DNA of 64,000 nt from Eledone cirrhosa (GCA_964016885.1 OZ024765.1:7130001-7194000); one strand, 5' to 3'. Shown: positions 26,568 to 40,389, counted from the stretch's first letter. The notes: a model not told the origin generated them from the letters alone. Numbers and translations: made by a program.

Positions 26568-28500
26568 ACTCTTAACATCCTGTGCCACATGAAACCACAT
26601 TAGTAGGATATTCTTGAAAAATAAAAAACAACATCATGACTACATCATATTAAATATTAAAGTCTTTACTGTAATACTGTAAATGTTCACAACAATCTGT
26701 CCACCAGTACAGATACTCTAAACATTTATTACAAAACAGCACTATAACTGCATCATATTAAATATTAAAGTCTTTACTGTAATACTGTAAATTTTCACAG
26801 CAATCTGTCTACTAGTAAAGATACTATAAACATTTGAATTAACAAACCATATGAAACCATATCTGCAAGACATTCTTGAAAAGTAAAAAACAACACTATG
26901 ACTGTATCTTTCACAATAATCTGTCCAGCAGTAAAGACAATATAAACATGATTTGACAATCCAAAACAACATATTAAATATTAAAGTCTTTACTCTAATA
27001 CTGTAGATGTTCACAACAATCTGTCAACTAATAAAGATACTATAGACATTTGAATTAACAAACCACATTAACAAGACATCGTTGAAAAGTACAAAACAAC
27101 AAATGACTATATCATATTAACCCTTTAGCATTTAAACTTGCCATATCCAGCCAGAATTCTCTCACCTTTTTCTGATCAAACCGGCTGTAACTGGCCACTC
27201 ATACTGATGTTAAGGTATTGTCCTCAAAATAAATGACATCAAAATCTCATAGATTCAATATTATGTGAGATAAAGTCTTAACCATGAAAATACAATAGTA
27301 TGTATCGAATAATGTAAATGCTAAAGGGTTAAATATTAAAGTCTTTACTATAATGCTACAAATTTTAATAACAATCTGTCCACCAGTAAAGATACTATAA
27401 ATATTTGAATTAACAAATGTTTTTACCACATTAGCAAGACATTATTGAAAAGTAAAAACTAGCACTATGACTACATCACATGAAATACTTAAGAAACTCC
27501 ACCTCACCAAGGAGTTGACAAAGGAAAGAATTAGGTGGAGGGATGCTGCGGAAGAGGAAGACAAAGGAAGATGTAGACAGATGTGGTGAAAGCTGACCTC
27601 ACGAAATTACACCTCACAGAAACGATGACTCAAGAATGAAACAAATGTTCACAACAATCTGTCCACTGGTAAAGTAACAAACCACCTTAACTAGACATTC
27701 TTGAAAAGTACAAAACAACACTATGACTACATCACATTAAATATTAAAGTCTTTACTCTCATACTACAGATTTCACATCAATCTATCCACCAATAAAAAT
27801 ACTATAAACATTTAAATTAACAAGACATCGTTGAAAAGTACAAAACAACACTATGAGTACATCACATTAAATATTAAAGTTGTTTACTCTAATATTGCAA
27901 ATGTTCACAATCTGTCCACTATTAAAGATAATATAAACATTTGAATTAACAAACTGCATAAACAAGACTTGTTGTTGAAAAGTACAAAACAACACTAAAC
28001 TACATCACATTAAATATTAAAGTCTTTACTGTAATACTGCAGATTTTCACAACAATCTGTCCACCTGTAAAGATACTATAAACATTTAGTACAAAACAAC
28101 ACTATGACTACATCACATTAAATATTAAAGTCTTTACTGTAATACTGCAGATTTTCACAACAATCTGTCCACCAGTAAAGATACTATAAACATTTAGTAC
28201 AAAACAACACTATGACTACATCACATTAAATATTAAAGTCTTTACTGTAATACTGCAGATTTTCACAACAATCTGTCCACCAGTAAAGATACTATAAACA
28301 TTTAGTACAAAACAACACTATGACTACATCACATTAAATATTAAAGTCTTTACTGTAATACTGTAAATTTTCACAAGTCTGTCCACCAGTAAAGATACTA
28401 TAAACATTTAGTACAAAACAACACTATGACTACATCACATTAAATATTAAAGTCTTTACTGTAATACTGCAGATTTTCACAACAATCTGTCCACCTGTAA
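26568..28500 (+). repeat. Tandem ~109-150-bp satellite immediately 3' of the HO stop
   Basis: Unit tacaaaacaacactatgactacatcacattaaatattaaagtctttactgtaatactgcagattttcacaacaatctgtccaccagtaaagatactataaacatttag; most homogeneous at 28000-28500. Confidence 0.9.
27121..27328. mobile_element. piggyBac-type MITE (related end at ~63843-63915)
   Basis: TTAA|ccctttagcattta ... taaatgctaaaggg|TTAA; removing it restores the satellite unit atcatattaaatattaaag. Confidence 0.85.
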
Positions 28501-28757
28501 AAAAACACTTTGTTTTTAGATATTTTCTAAATTTCCACAAGATATTACGAGTTAATGTCTCATCTGTATTTGAGCCTAAGTCCCCTTGGCTAGGGATAGG
28601 GGCAGTTGTTAGAAATTATATATATTCAACATGGTTCAGTTATATTTTCTTTTTTTGTTTTAAAAGAAAGATTTTTTCCCCTGTGAATGAATTTATGGAT
28701 GAAAATGACCATTCATCTATGAATACAAACATATGTATATATATAAATATATACACA

Positions 28758-28792
<35 letters not shown>

Positions 28793-28899
28793 TTATATTT
28801 GGGGAGGGTCATACTGCTATAATATTGCCAGAAATATGACCCTCTCCAAATATAACAATAATTGTTTCGACACACGATTTCATATCAAAAACCTTGCAA

Positions 28900-28978
<79 letters not shown>

Positions 28979-29027
28979 GCACTTTTTATCAAGTGATTTA
29001 ATTTTTGTTCTGAAAAAATGTATGTAC

Positions 29028-29059
<32 letters not shown>

Positions 29060-29254
29060 TGTTCCAAGTAAAAAATATTAGTTGATCAATCATTCGTCTA
29101 ACTGTGATGTAAACAGATGTAAGCACTCTACGATATGGCTACCTTAAGCTATTACCTATAATGTATCAGATGGAACGTCAATATTATAAAAAAGGAGACG
29201 TGATTACATATACATCCTGTTTCAGAGGCTGTATATGTAATACCCTCTTCTGGA

Positions 29255-29259
29255 TACAC

Positions 29260-29292
<33 letters not shown>

Positions 29293-29330
29293 TATATATA
29301 TATACACATATATATATATATATACACATA

Positions 29331-29375
<45 letters not shown>

Positions 29376-30054
29376 ATATATATATACATACACATATATA
29401 TATATATACACATATATATATATATATATACACATACATATACACATATATATATATACACATATATATATACACATATATATATATATATACACATACA
29501 TATATATATACACATATATATATATACACATATATATATACACATACATATATATATACACATACATATATATACACATACATATATATATACACATACA
29601 TATATATACACATACATATATATACACATACATATATATACACATACATATCATCATCATCATCATCATCATCAACGTTTAACGTCCGTGTTCCACGCTT
29701 GCATGGGTTTGGACGGGGGTAGTCCCACTTGAGGCAAGAGTGATTGTCTTGCTCGCATAGGACTGTCTGGCAGGTTTTCTACAGTTGGATGCCCTTCCTA
29801 ACACCAACCACATTTACAGTGTGGGTCTGGGAGGTTTTTACCGTGTTGCCTACACGGCCACATTACAGCGTGGACTGTGTGTTTTTTTTGTCGTGACACC
29901 TACACGATCTCATTTGTTTCGGCCTCGATGGCGCGGCACCAACATAACTTTACATAGAACGGGGTGGTGTGGATCGGGTGGGGGTGGTGGGACGGGGTGT
30001 ATTTGTTAGAGATGCCTACTGGCTGGAGTAGGTTTTACTATATATATATATATA

Positions 30055-30096
<42 letters not shown>

Positions 30097-30600
30097 ATAT
30101 ATATGTGTGTATATATACACATATATATACACATATATATATATATACACATATATATATATATACACATATATATATATACACATACATATATATACAC
30201 ATACATATATATACACATACATATATATACACATACATATATATACACATAGATATATATACACATAGATATATATACACATACATATATATACACATAT
30301 ATATATATATATACACATATATATATATACACATATATATATACACATATATATATACACATATATATATATATATACACATATATATATATACACATAT
30401 ATATACACACATATACAGAGGATGTATATGTAATACCCTCTTCTGGATACACATATATATATATATATATACACATATATATATACATATATATATATAC
30501 ACATATATATATACACATATATATATATATACACATATATATATATACACATATATATACACACATATATATACACATATATATATATATATATATATAC
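29255..30600. repeat. TA/CA microsatellites flanking an RTE-derived element
   Basis: Directly visible. Confidence 0.9.
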
Positions 30601-31957
30601 AGACCCATAAATGTAAACATGTATACAGAATTTTTAGCTATTTTGGCTATTTTACTATAAATACTGACCATTCCCATGTCACATCTTGACCTGACCCAGG
30701 CTACATATAGCCATATCTTTGATCCATGTATATTTACACTTTTACAGAAACCTTCATCGTTACTTAGACTGTATCGATATATTTTTTAATAAACCAATTA
30801 TTAAAATATTTCAAAAAATCTTTTCATTGACTTCAATTTTTCACTTGTTTTCCATTCAATCCTCTTTTATGTTAAACTCCCTAAAACAATTCGTGGTTCA
30901 ATGATACAAAATTTTAAAGTGGTTTATATTCATCTAAAAACCTTCCATCATAATTTTATCGAAGAACTGAGCTGCTACTTCTCTGAAATGAGAGATCATA
31001 GCTCTGATACTATGGGTATGTAGTTAGAATGTCTCAGGAAAGAATTGCTGGATAGATTTGTAGCTTGGAGATCAGAGAGTCAGTCCAGGTAGAGCCACTA
31101 CTTCTCTGAATTGAGAGATCACAGTCCTTTTTGGTCTTCCTGGGCCTCTACTGTCACCTGGATCAATATTGATCACTTTGTTCATCCAACCCTCATTGCG
31201 CTCGCCATGGCCTTACTTTTTATCAGTTTTTATTGATAGATTAAATAGTTTTATAGAAAATAAAACCAGAAACAAGACATAATCCATTTCCATAATTGAA
31301 TGTTCTGTTACATAGCAACAAGAGAAGATCCCGGATTATTCCACTGCTGTTAATACTGATAATAGACTCTTCCTTATCATCATCATCATTATTAACATCA
31401 TCATCATCACTATCATCATTATCTCAATCATCAAGGACAGTCGATTGGCAGTATCTGTAGAGGGTCAGACACCATACTTTGCAGCATAGAGTTATGGCCC
31501 TTTACGTTGTGAGTACAAATCCCACCGAGGTTAACTTTGCCTTTCATCCTTACGGGGTCAATAAAATAAAGTACCAGTTCATATAACTTCAAAGCTAGAT
31601 GGGGTTACTAGTTTATTGATGTGACATTTGTCAACCATTCAGATATGTGTTGTTAATAAATGTTTGTTTAAAAATATAATCATTTTACTGAAAGAAAAAA
31701 AACCGGCGCAGCATCTGTAGCTGTGTAAAATATATGCAACAGTCAACAGGTTAAAAATTGTCCTAAACCTAGACACTCATTAGGTAAGAACTTATCCCAG
31801 TTTCATTAGTGTTAAGTGACTGAGAGTACAAGAATCCCCCTGGACAGGACACCAGTCCATTACCGAGTTAATCCCAGACTGCTGTTGCTATTGGTACTTC
31901 TCACTAAAGAACATGGTGTACCACTACAACCAATACTATTACTATTACTACTAGTAT

Positions 31958-32400
31958 GTGGAGCTACATAGCTTAGTGGTAAGGGTGTTGGACTTATGAT
32001 CATAATGTTGTGTGTTTGATTCCTGGGCCGGGTCGTGTCTTGTGTTCTTGAGCAAAACACTTCATGTTGCTCCAGTATACTCAGCTAAAAATGAGTACCA
32101 GCAATAGCTGGGGGTTTAACCCTGCGATGGACTGACGTCCTGTCTGGGGAAGAGTTTGTACTTTCAGTCACTTTACACCATGAAACCAAGATAACCACCG
32201 GCACTACTTGGGAGTTTACCCTACGATGGACTGACGTCCTGTCTGGGGAAGAGTTTGTACTTTCAGTCACTTCACACCATGAAACCAAGATAACCACCGG
32301 CACTACTTGGGAGTTTACCCTACGATGGACTGACGTCAGTTGCTTCAAGCCATGAAAACAGGATAAGCACTGGCCTCACAAGCCATAAGACAGACTTTAG
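31958..32400 (+). mobile_element. tRNA-derived SINE with an internal ~100-bp tandem duplication
   Basis: gcttagtggtaagggtgttgg..gtttgattcc head; ccctacgatggactgacgtcctgtctggggaagag unit repeated. Confidence 0.65.
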
Positions 32401-32509
32401 ATTTAGACTACTACTAGTAGTAAAAAGACTATCTGACAGTCTTTTTTTAGATTTTAACCAATCAATATCTAGAGTCTAATTTAATTTGTTGATAACAGAA
32501 CCCAGAAGT

Positions 32510-32536
32510 ATGAACCAAGGAAGTATTTATAAAGAG
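32510..32536 (+). CDS. Candidate first coding exon of IL-17-like gene A (MNQGSIYKE)
   Basis: ATG...GAG|gtgtat, phase 0, joins in frame to the acceptor at 36594 to give MNQGSIYKELLPTSLLWLVMMVIWQGHHPLA, a signal-peptide-like start. The donor is weak, so this is tentative. Confidence 0.35.
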
Positions 32537-33279
32537 GTGTATATATGTATACATTCGCACATATATATAATCACATACATATATAGAGAGAGGAGCATGT
32601 GTGTGTGTATATATATATATAAGTATATATAAACCCGTAGAGCAGATGTTTCTCAGTTTCAGAAGATCCTGCTTTAGGGTGGAAGCAGAAATTGTTTGCT
32701 TAAACTTTTAATCCGCTAATAATATATATATATATAAATATATAGGAGCGTCAAACACATACGTCTGAATGTAGATATACCCAGAACAAATGTAAAGTAA
32801 TCACTGAATGTCGCAATACATATATAGTACACTCCGAAAACAAAACGAACAACAGCCACAACAACAACAACAGCCACAGCAACAGAAACAACCACAACAA
32901 CAAAAACCACAACCACAGCAACAACTACAACAATGACAGCCAGAATAATGTCTTTGGTGAGTCCATATTTTCATTTCTCTCTGTATTTGTGTCATAATCA
33001 TTGTTTTAACATCCACTTTCATCATCACCATTATTATCACTACCACCACCATCATCATCATCCCCACCACCATTACCACCACCATCATCCCCACCATCAC
33101 TACCACCATCATCATCCCCACCATCATTACCACCATCATCATCCCCACCATCCCCACCACCATCATCATTGTTTAACATCTGCTTTCCCTGCTAACAAGG
33201 GTTGGACAGGTCTACATAGACCAAGTCAGTGCTGTAGTGGTCCACATTCTCTGCTAGACAGGGTTGGATGGGTCTACAC

Positions 33280-33696
33280 CAGGCATGTCAAACATGTGGC
33301 CCTTTACAAACACTCATGCAGCCCGCACAAAGGTTTTTACAGCGCCAGCGTAATATATAATAAAAAATATTAGTTGTAATGTGTGGCCCTCAGACAACAC
33401 ATCTGTGACCCATGTGGCCCTCAGACAACACATCTGTGAGCCATGTGACCCTCAGACAACACATATGTAACCCATGTGGCCCTCAGACAACACATCTGTG
33501 AGCCATGTGACCCTCAGACAACACATATGTAACCCATGTGGCCCTCAGACAACACATCTGTGACCCATGTGGCCCTCAGACAACACATCTGTGACCCATG
33601 TGGCCCTCAGACAACACATATGTAACCCATGTGGCCCTCAGACAACACATCTGTGACCCATGTGGCCCTTGGGAGACCCTCAGTTTGACATCCCTT
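33280..33696. mobile_element. hAT-like MITE containing a 31-bp tandem array (~33380-33670)
   Basis: Ends caggcatgtcaaac / gtttgacatcccttg; internal tgtggccctcagacaacacatctgtgaccca repeated about 9 times. Confidence 0.65.
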
Positions 33697-33700
33697 GTAT

Positions 33701-34490
33701 ACACAGACCACCTCAGTACTGAAGTGGTCCACTTTCCCTACTAAGGGTTGAATGGGTCTACACAGACCACCTCAGTACTGAAGTGGTCCACTTTCCCTAC
33801 TAAGGGTTGGATGGGTCTACACAGACCACCTCAGTACTGAAGTGGTCCACTTTCCCTACTAAGGGTTGAATGGGTCTACACAGACCACCTCAGTACTGAA
33901 GTGGTCCACTTTCCCTACTAAGGGTTGAATGGGTCTACACAGACCACCTCAGTACTGAAGTGGTCCACTTTCCCTACTAAGGGTTGAATGGGTCTACACA
34001 GACCACCTCAGTACTGAAGTGGTCCATTTTCCCTACTAAGGGTTGGATGGGTCTACACAGACCACCTCAGTACTGAAGTGGTCCATTTTCCCTACTAAGG
34101 GTTGAATGGGTCTACACAGACCACCTCAGTACTGAAGTGGTCCATTTTCCCTACTAAGGGTTGAATGGGTCTACACAGACCACCTCAGTACTGAAGTGGT
34201 CCATTTTCCCTACTAAGGGTTGAATGGGTCTACACAGACCACCTCAGTACTGAAGTGGTCCACTTTCCCTACTAAGGGTTGAATGGGTCTACACAGACCA
34301 CCTCAGTACTGAAGTGGTCCACTTTCCCTACTAAGGGTTGAATGGGTCTACACAGACCACCTCAGTACTGAAGTGGTCCACTTTCCCTACTAAGGGTTGG
34401 ATGGGTCTACACAGACCACCTCAGTACTGAAGTGGTCCATTTTCCCTACTAAGGGTTGGGTCTACACTACACAGACCACCTCAGTACTGA
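33701..34490. repeat. 59-bp minisatellite (~13 copies) with a 24-bp near-perfect palindrome per unit
   Basis: Unit acacagaccacctcagtactgaagtggtccactttccctactaagggttgaatgggtct. Confidence 0.95.
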
Positions 34491-34696
34491 ACCAATGGCT
34501 ACTGACCTCCCAGACAAGCCAGGGATCTGTTGTCTTGCATTCTACCAGTCTTATGTTCTACTAAGTGCAAAAAGAGGTTGTCATGTCTTTGACACAACTG
34601 AGGTCCTCCTGCCCCTTTGTTTGGCAAGCTTTCTACAACTAGATGTCGTTCCTATCACCAACCACTTTACAGAGTGTACTCCACATATATATATAT

Positions 34697-35100
34697 ATAG
34701 TGAGACATGGGCAGCAACCGCAGAGGATATGCGACGGCTGGAGAGAAATGAGGCAAGCATGCTCCGTTGGATGTGCAGTGTAAATGTGCGTGAACGACCC
34801 AGCATAAATGTGTTGAGAGAGAAACTGTGTCTGAGAGGGATAGAATGTAGTGTACGGGAGAGGAGACTGAGGTGGTATGGACATGTGATGCGCATGGAGG
34901 ATGACCGATGGGTGAAGAAGTGCCAGGAAATGCCAGTTGAAGGAAGACGTGGTAGAGGTAGACCACGAAAAACATGGGCGGAGGTGGTGAGAACAGACCT
35001 CAGATCATTGAAGCTCACGGTGGAGATGACGAGTGGAGAGATGCTGTGCTGAATAAGACCCATCCCACCCTTGCAAGCAGGGAAAAGCGGACGTAAAATG
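34697..35100 (+). mobile_element. RTE LINE, 5'-truncated 3' end
   Basis: SETWAATAEDMRRLERNEASMLRWMC..RERRLRWYGHVMRM..GRGRPRKTW followed by an (atg)n tail. Confidence 0.92.
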
Positions 35101-35709
35101 ATGATGATGATGATGATGATGATATACATATATATAGTGAATGAATGAAGAGTAACATGGCTGGCTGTACAACAAGGGGCTTTATTTCAAGTACTGACAA
35201 TTGTTTCGTTGATCAGGTGAGTCTAGAGGTCGCTAATCACTTGAAGTTGTGTCACTCGATCTCCATTACATTATTTACCTCTGGTCAACAAAATAATTGT
35301 CAGTACTTGAAATAAGCCAACCATGTTACTCTTCATTCTTTCACTATTATTACTCCAAGTATAACCTACATAGGAATTACCGCAAACTCGCTGCCTAACT
35401 ATGGAAACATCTTGTTGAGTCAAACAAAGCCGTTCATTAAAACTATCCACGACACAGAGTACTCATGACCCCTAACTGGATTACCTATAACGATAACTTG
35501 TTACCCCATATATATATATATGTATATATATATAGTAATAATAATAAATTTGAAGACTAGTTTCAGAAGATCCCGTTAAGGGTGAAAGCAGTGATTCTTT
35601 GCTTAAACTTTAATCTGTTATTTTAATAAATATACATATATACATAGATATATATATATACATATATATATATACATATATATACATATATATATACATA
35701 TACATATAC

Positions 35710-35744
<35 letters not shown>

Positions 35745-35874
35745 CATATATACATATATATATATATATAAGTAATTTTTATCATATATTTTTGCAATAC
35801 TTCAGTGTATGTACACTCCATATTCTTCGGAGCTTCCGGCTTGTATCTGCCGATATTACTTCTTGTTGTTTTAA

Positions 35875-35916
35875 TTGCCCTGATGAGTCCTTAATAGGAC
35901 GAAACATTGTCGGCTA
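35875..35916 (+). ncRNA. Canonical-core minimal type I hammerhead ribozyme
   Basis: ttgcc CTGATGA GTCC-ttaata-GGAC GAAAC att GTC ggc: intact core, 4-bp stem II, GUC cleavage triplet, stem I gcc/ggc. Confidence 0.75.
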
Positions 35917-36009
35917 ATAAAGACTTTTGATGTATTGAAGGCTTCTTTGTTTTACTCTCTTAATTTATATATATACATATATATACATACATATATATAT
36001 ATATAAACA

Positions 36010-36545
36010 CATTGTTATACTTTGGGAGGGTCATGTTGCCAATAAGAAACACACGCACCAGTTGCTTTCACTTCAATTTATTATATATTTATAAATTTAC
36101 AAATCTACAAATCTACAAACTTATAAATTTCTGGTTGGTTGGTTGGTTCCACAACCAGATAGTTGTTTATATATATAGTCATAGTCCTTTCGTCACACAC
36201 TCTGTGAGAGAAGAAAGGAAAGGCACAGAAACGAAGAAAGGAATCCCCAGTCACTGAAGAGGTCACAGAGTGTGTGACGAAAGGACTATGACTATATATA
36301 TAAACAACTATCTGGTTGTGGAACCAACCAACCAACCAGAAATTTATAAGTTTGTAGATTTGTAGATTTGTAGATTTGTAAATTTATAAATATATAAATA
36401 TATAATAAATTGAAGTGAAAGCAACTGGTGCGTGTGTTTCTTATTGGCAACATGACCCTCCCAAAGTATAACAATATCGGTTTCAACACACGATTTGAGA
36501 TAAAGAATCTTGCTAAACAAATTCAGAAACGAAATATATAAACAC
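36010..36545. mobile_element. Fold-back 'gggagggtcat' element (~200-bp arms) with a hammerhead at 36249-36293 (+)
   Basis: Arms 36010-36207 and 36262-36475 are inverted; agtca CTGAAGA ggtcaca-gagtg-tgtgac GAAA ggac TA tgact. Confidence 0.75.
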
Positions 36546-36594
36546 ACTTTTATATATATGTCTATACAACCATATTACAATACATATATTTCAG

Positions 36595-37041
36595 CTTCTT
36601 CCAACAAGTCTTCTCTGGTTGGTCATGATGGTCATTTGGCAAGGACACCATCCCCTGGCCCTTCCTTTGATGTCGTCCAGTCCGTGCAGCCAGTGTGCAA
36701 CACCAACCAATGACAGCTGCCTGCACGTTATCGATGCCAACGCAAGTGTAGCAGAAATTCCTGGCTCCTGTAGCATCAACACATCAAGCATGGCCGTCTC
36801 GGAGCTGTCTCTCTGCCCCTGGACCAAGTACGTCCACACGGATTTGAACCGCATCCCGAAACGCGTCAACGCGGCGAGGTGTCGCTGTCAAAAATGCGCA
36901 GTCAAGCATTCGCTCAATGTGTGCTCTCCGATCTACATGCTGATGAATGTTCTCAGATATGACACGGACCAAGGCTCTTATGTTCCCGCCTGGGATAAAG
37001 TACCGATCGCCTGTACGTGCCACATGCCTGCCATAGTCTAG
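36595..37041 (+). CDS. IL17: Interleukin-17-like cytokine A, main exon
   Basis: Acceptor atatttcag at 36594, in frame. Motifs LSLCPW..TDLNRIP..AxCxCxxC..C.PIY..VL..Y..VPIACTC match the IL-17 cystine-knot pattern; the N-terminus is hydrophobic. Confidence 0.9.
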   Translation, partial: LLPTSLLWLVMMVIWQGHHPLALPLMSSSPCSQCATPTNDSCLHVIDANASVAEIPGSCSINTSSMAVSELSLCPWTKYVHTDLNRIPKRVNAARCRCQKCAVKHSLNVCSPIYMLMNVLRYDTDQGSYVPAWDKVPIACTCHMPAIV

Positions 37042-37578
37042 ACCTGATCGACATCAACATCTCAAAAAATAATTACAAGTATTTATAATATTTCAAACTA
37101 ATTAACTTTCATTATTGACTTTGCCTTTCATCCTTCTGGGGCTCAATAGAATAAAGTACCAGTAATGCACTGGGTTAATTGCTGGCCTTGTGCCTAAAGT
37201 AGAAACAATTATTAACGATGAAATAAAGGTGCTGGTTTGACAGAATCGGTAGAGCGTCGGATAAAATTACCATTGTGGTATTTATTCTGATACTTTACAC
37301 ATTGAGTTCAAATCCTGCCATGTTTAACTTTGTCCTTCATCTTTTTCAAATTACTGGCCTTGTGCAGAATCGGTAGAGCGTCGGATACCATGGTTTGCAG
37401 CATATAGTTACAGCACTTTTCGTAGTTCTTTCAGAGTTCAAATCAGAGTTCAAATCCCGCAGAGGTTAGCTTTGCCTTTCATCCTTACGGGGTCGATAAA
37501 ATAAAGTACCAGTAATACACTGGGGTCGATTTAATCGACTTTCCCCTCCCCCAAATTGCTGGCCTTGTGCCTACATAA

Positions 37579-37629
<51 letters not shown>

Positions 37630-37784
37630 AGAGAGAGCGATAGAGAAAGAGAGAGAGAGGGAGAGAGCGAGAGAATTCAAAGGATAAGATAAAATGTAAA
37701 TTTCCATGTATCAATTGTATTAATTTGTATATCATTTATAGGATAAGAATATATATATGTTCCGGGACCATAGTATCTAGAATA

Positions 37785-38333
37785 AGGGAATAAAGACGGG
37801 TTGGAAGAAGTTTAGGGAGCTGCTTCCTCTGCTGACAAAGAAGGGTTTCTCACTGCATACGAAAGGCCGGTTGTATGATGGCTGTGTGAGGAGCGCGATG
37901 CTGCATGGTAGTGAGACATGGGCAGCAACTGCAGAGGATACGCGACGACTGGAGAGAAATGAGGCAAGCATGCTTCGTTGGATGTGCAGTGTAAATGTGC
38001 GTGAACAACCCAACATGGATGTGTTGAGAGAGAAACTGTGTCTGAGAGGGATAGAATGTAGTGTACGGGAGAGGAGACTGAGGTGGTATGGACATGTGAT
38101 GCGCATGGAGGATGACCGATGGGTGAAGAAGTGCCAGGAAATGCCAGTTGAAGGAAGACGTGGTAGAGGTAGACCACGAAAAACAGGGGCGGAGGTGGTG
38201 AGAACAGACCTCAGATCGCTGAAGCTCACAGTGGAGATGACGAAGGACTGTGACAAGTGGAGAGATGCTGTGCTGAATAAGACCCGTCCATCCCTTGCAA
38301 GCAGGGAAAAGCCGACGTAGAAAAATGATGATG

Positions 38334-38335
<2 letters not shown>
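37785..38335 (+). mobile_element. RTE LINE 3' fragment, nearly identical to 34697-35100
   Basis: GWKKFRELLPLL..YDGCVRSAMLHGSETW..RLRWYGHVMRM..GRPRKT and an atg tail. Confidence 0.92.
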
Positions 38336-38394
<59 letters not shown>

Positions 38395-39141
38395 AATATA
38401 TACATATACATACAATATAAAATGACAAACACAGAGATAAAAAACAATATATATATATATATAAATATTTATTTATGTATGTATGTATATATATATATAT
38501 GTATTGTATGGTCCCATCACTCTTATACAATGGTATATATAACACCACATCAAATGGAACAAAACCGTCTAAACCATGCTAGCGTGGAAGATGGTCGTTA
38601 AACGATGATGATGACGATGATTATATATATATATATAAATATGGAGGCACGTGGCTTAGTGGTTAGAGCATTGGCTTTGCAATCGAAAGGTTGTGAGTTC
38701 AATTCTCAGACCAGGGTAATGTGTTGTTTCCTTGAGCAAGACACTTTATTTCACATTGCTCCAGTTTACTCAGCTGTAGAAATGAGATGATAGGGACTGG
38801 GGTCCATATCATTCCACTGCAAAGTGGTCGTGGAGGTGCCACGGCAAAAAAGCACCCAGCACTCACTGTAAATGAGGTTGGTGTTAGGAAGGGCATCCAG
38901 CTGTAGAAATCAAGCCAGAATCAGTTCCCGTCCCACCCTTGCAAGCAGGGAAAAGCGGACGTGAAATGATGATGATGATGATGATGATACACGGAAAAAA
39001 TGAAACAAAATTTCATTTCCCACTCTTAGTACGGCTGTTACTTAAATATAAGTATGTACACGTACATACATATATGTATACAGACGCACAGTAGTATGCA
39101 TATATATATACATACATGCACACATATATATATATATATAT

Positions 39142-39286
39142 GTACGTATGGATTCACCGAACATTTATTATAATGCTCAGTGTGTTTGTAAATAAACATC
39201 ATGTATTAAGCCGTAGCTTAATACGGGATGTTTGTTTACAAACACACCGAGCATTATAATAAATGTTCGGTGAATCCATACGTACA
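39142..39286. repeat. Near-perfect ~70-bp-arm hairpin with a 4-nt loop, embedded in (TA)n
   Basis: gtacgtatggattcaccgaacatttattataatgctc...tattaagc-cgta-gcttaata...gagcattataataaatgttcggtgaatccatacgtac. Confidence 0.85.
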
Positions 39287-39584
39287 TATATATATATGTG
39301 TGCATGTATGTATATATATAAATATATATATATAAATATATAAATACATATATATAAATACATATATATAAATATATATATATATATAAATATATATATA
39401 TAAACATATATATATAAATATATATATATAAATATAAAGAAAAAGAGATGAAATCGAAAATGTAACTGGAGTCTTATTTTTTTTAAAAATATATATATTT
39501 ATTTGGTTCCTTTACCGGTTTCACAGTTCTTCTGCTTTTCAAAAGGTGAGTTGAGATGGAGGGTCTGTGGTTTTTCTTACATAT

Positions 39585-39642
39585 ATATATAAATATATAT
39601 ATATATAAATATATATATATATAAAAATATATATATAAATAT

Positions 39643-39673
<31 letters not shown>

Positions 39674-39705
39674 AATATATATATATATAAATATATATAT
39701 ATATA

Positions 39706-39751
<46 letters not shown>

Positions 39752-39869
39752 TATAAATATATATATATAAATATATATATATATAAATATATATATATAA
39801 ATATATATATATAAATATATATATATAAATATATATATATAAATATATATATATAAATATATATATATA

Positions 39870-39901
<32 letters not shown>

Positions 39902-40057
39902 AATATATATATATAAATATATATATAAATATATATATATAAATATATATATATAAATATATATAAATATATATAAATATATATAAATATATATATATAT
40001 ATAAATATAAATGAGACGTATAGATATATATATATATATATAAATATATATATAAAT

Positions 40058-40092
<35 letters not shown>

Positions 40093-40189
40093 AATATATA
40101 TAAAAATATATATATAAATATATATATAAATATATATATAAATATATATATAAATATATATATAAATATATATATAAATATATAAATAT

Positions 40190-40240
<51 letters not shown>

Positions 40241-40337
40241 AATATATATATATATAAATATATATAAATATATATATAAATATATATATAAATATATATA
40301 TAAATATATATATATATAAATATATATATATATAAAT

Positions 40338-40368
<31 letters not shown>

Positions 40369-40389
40369 AATATATATATAAATATACAT

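Noticed and set aside
33701-34490. CRISPR-like array (palindromic repeat at regular spacing)
   Set aside because: The intervening sequence is identical between units, so there are no unique spacers. There are no cas genes and the context is eukaryotic.
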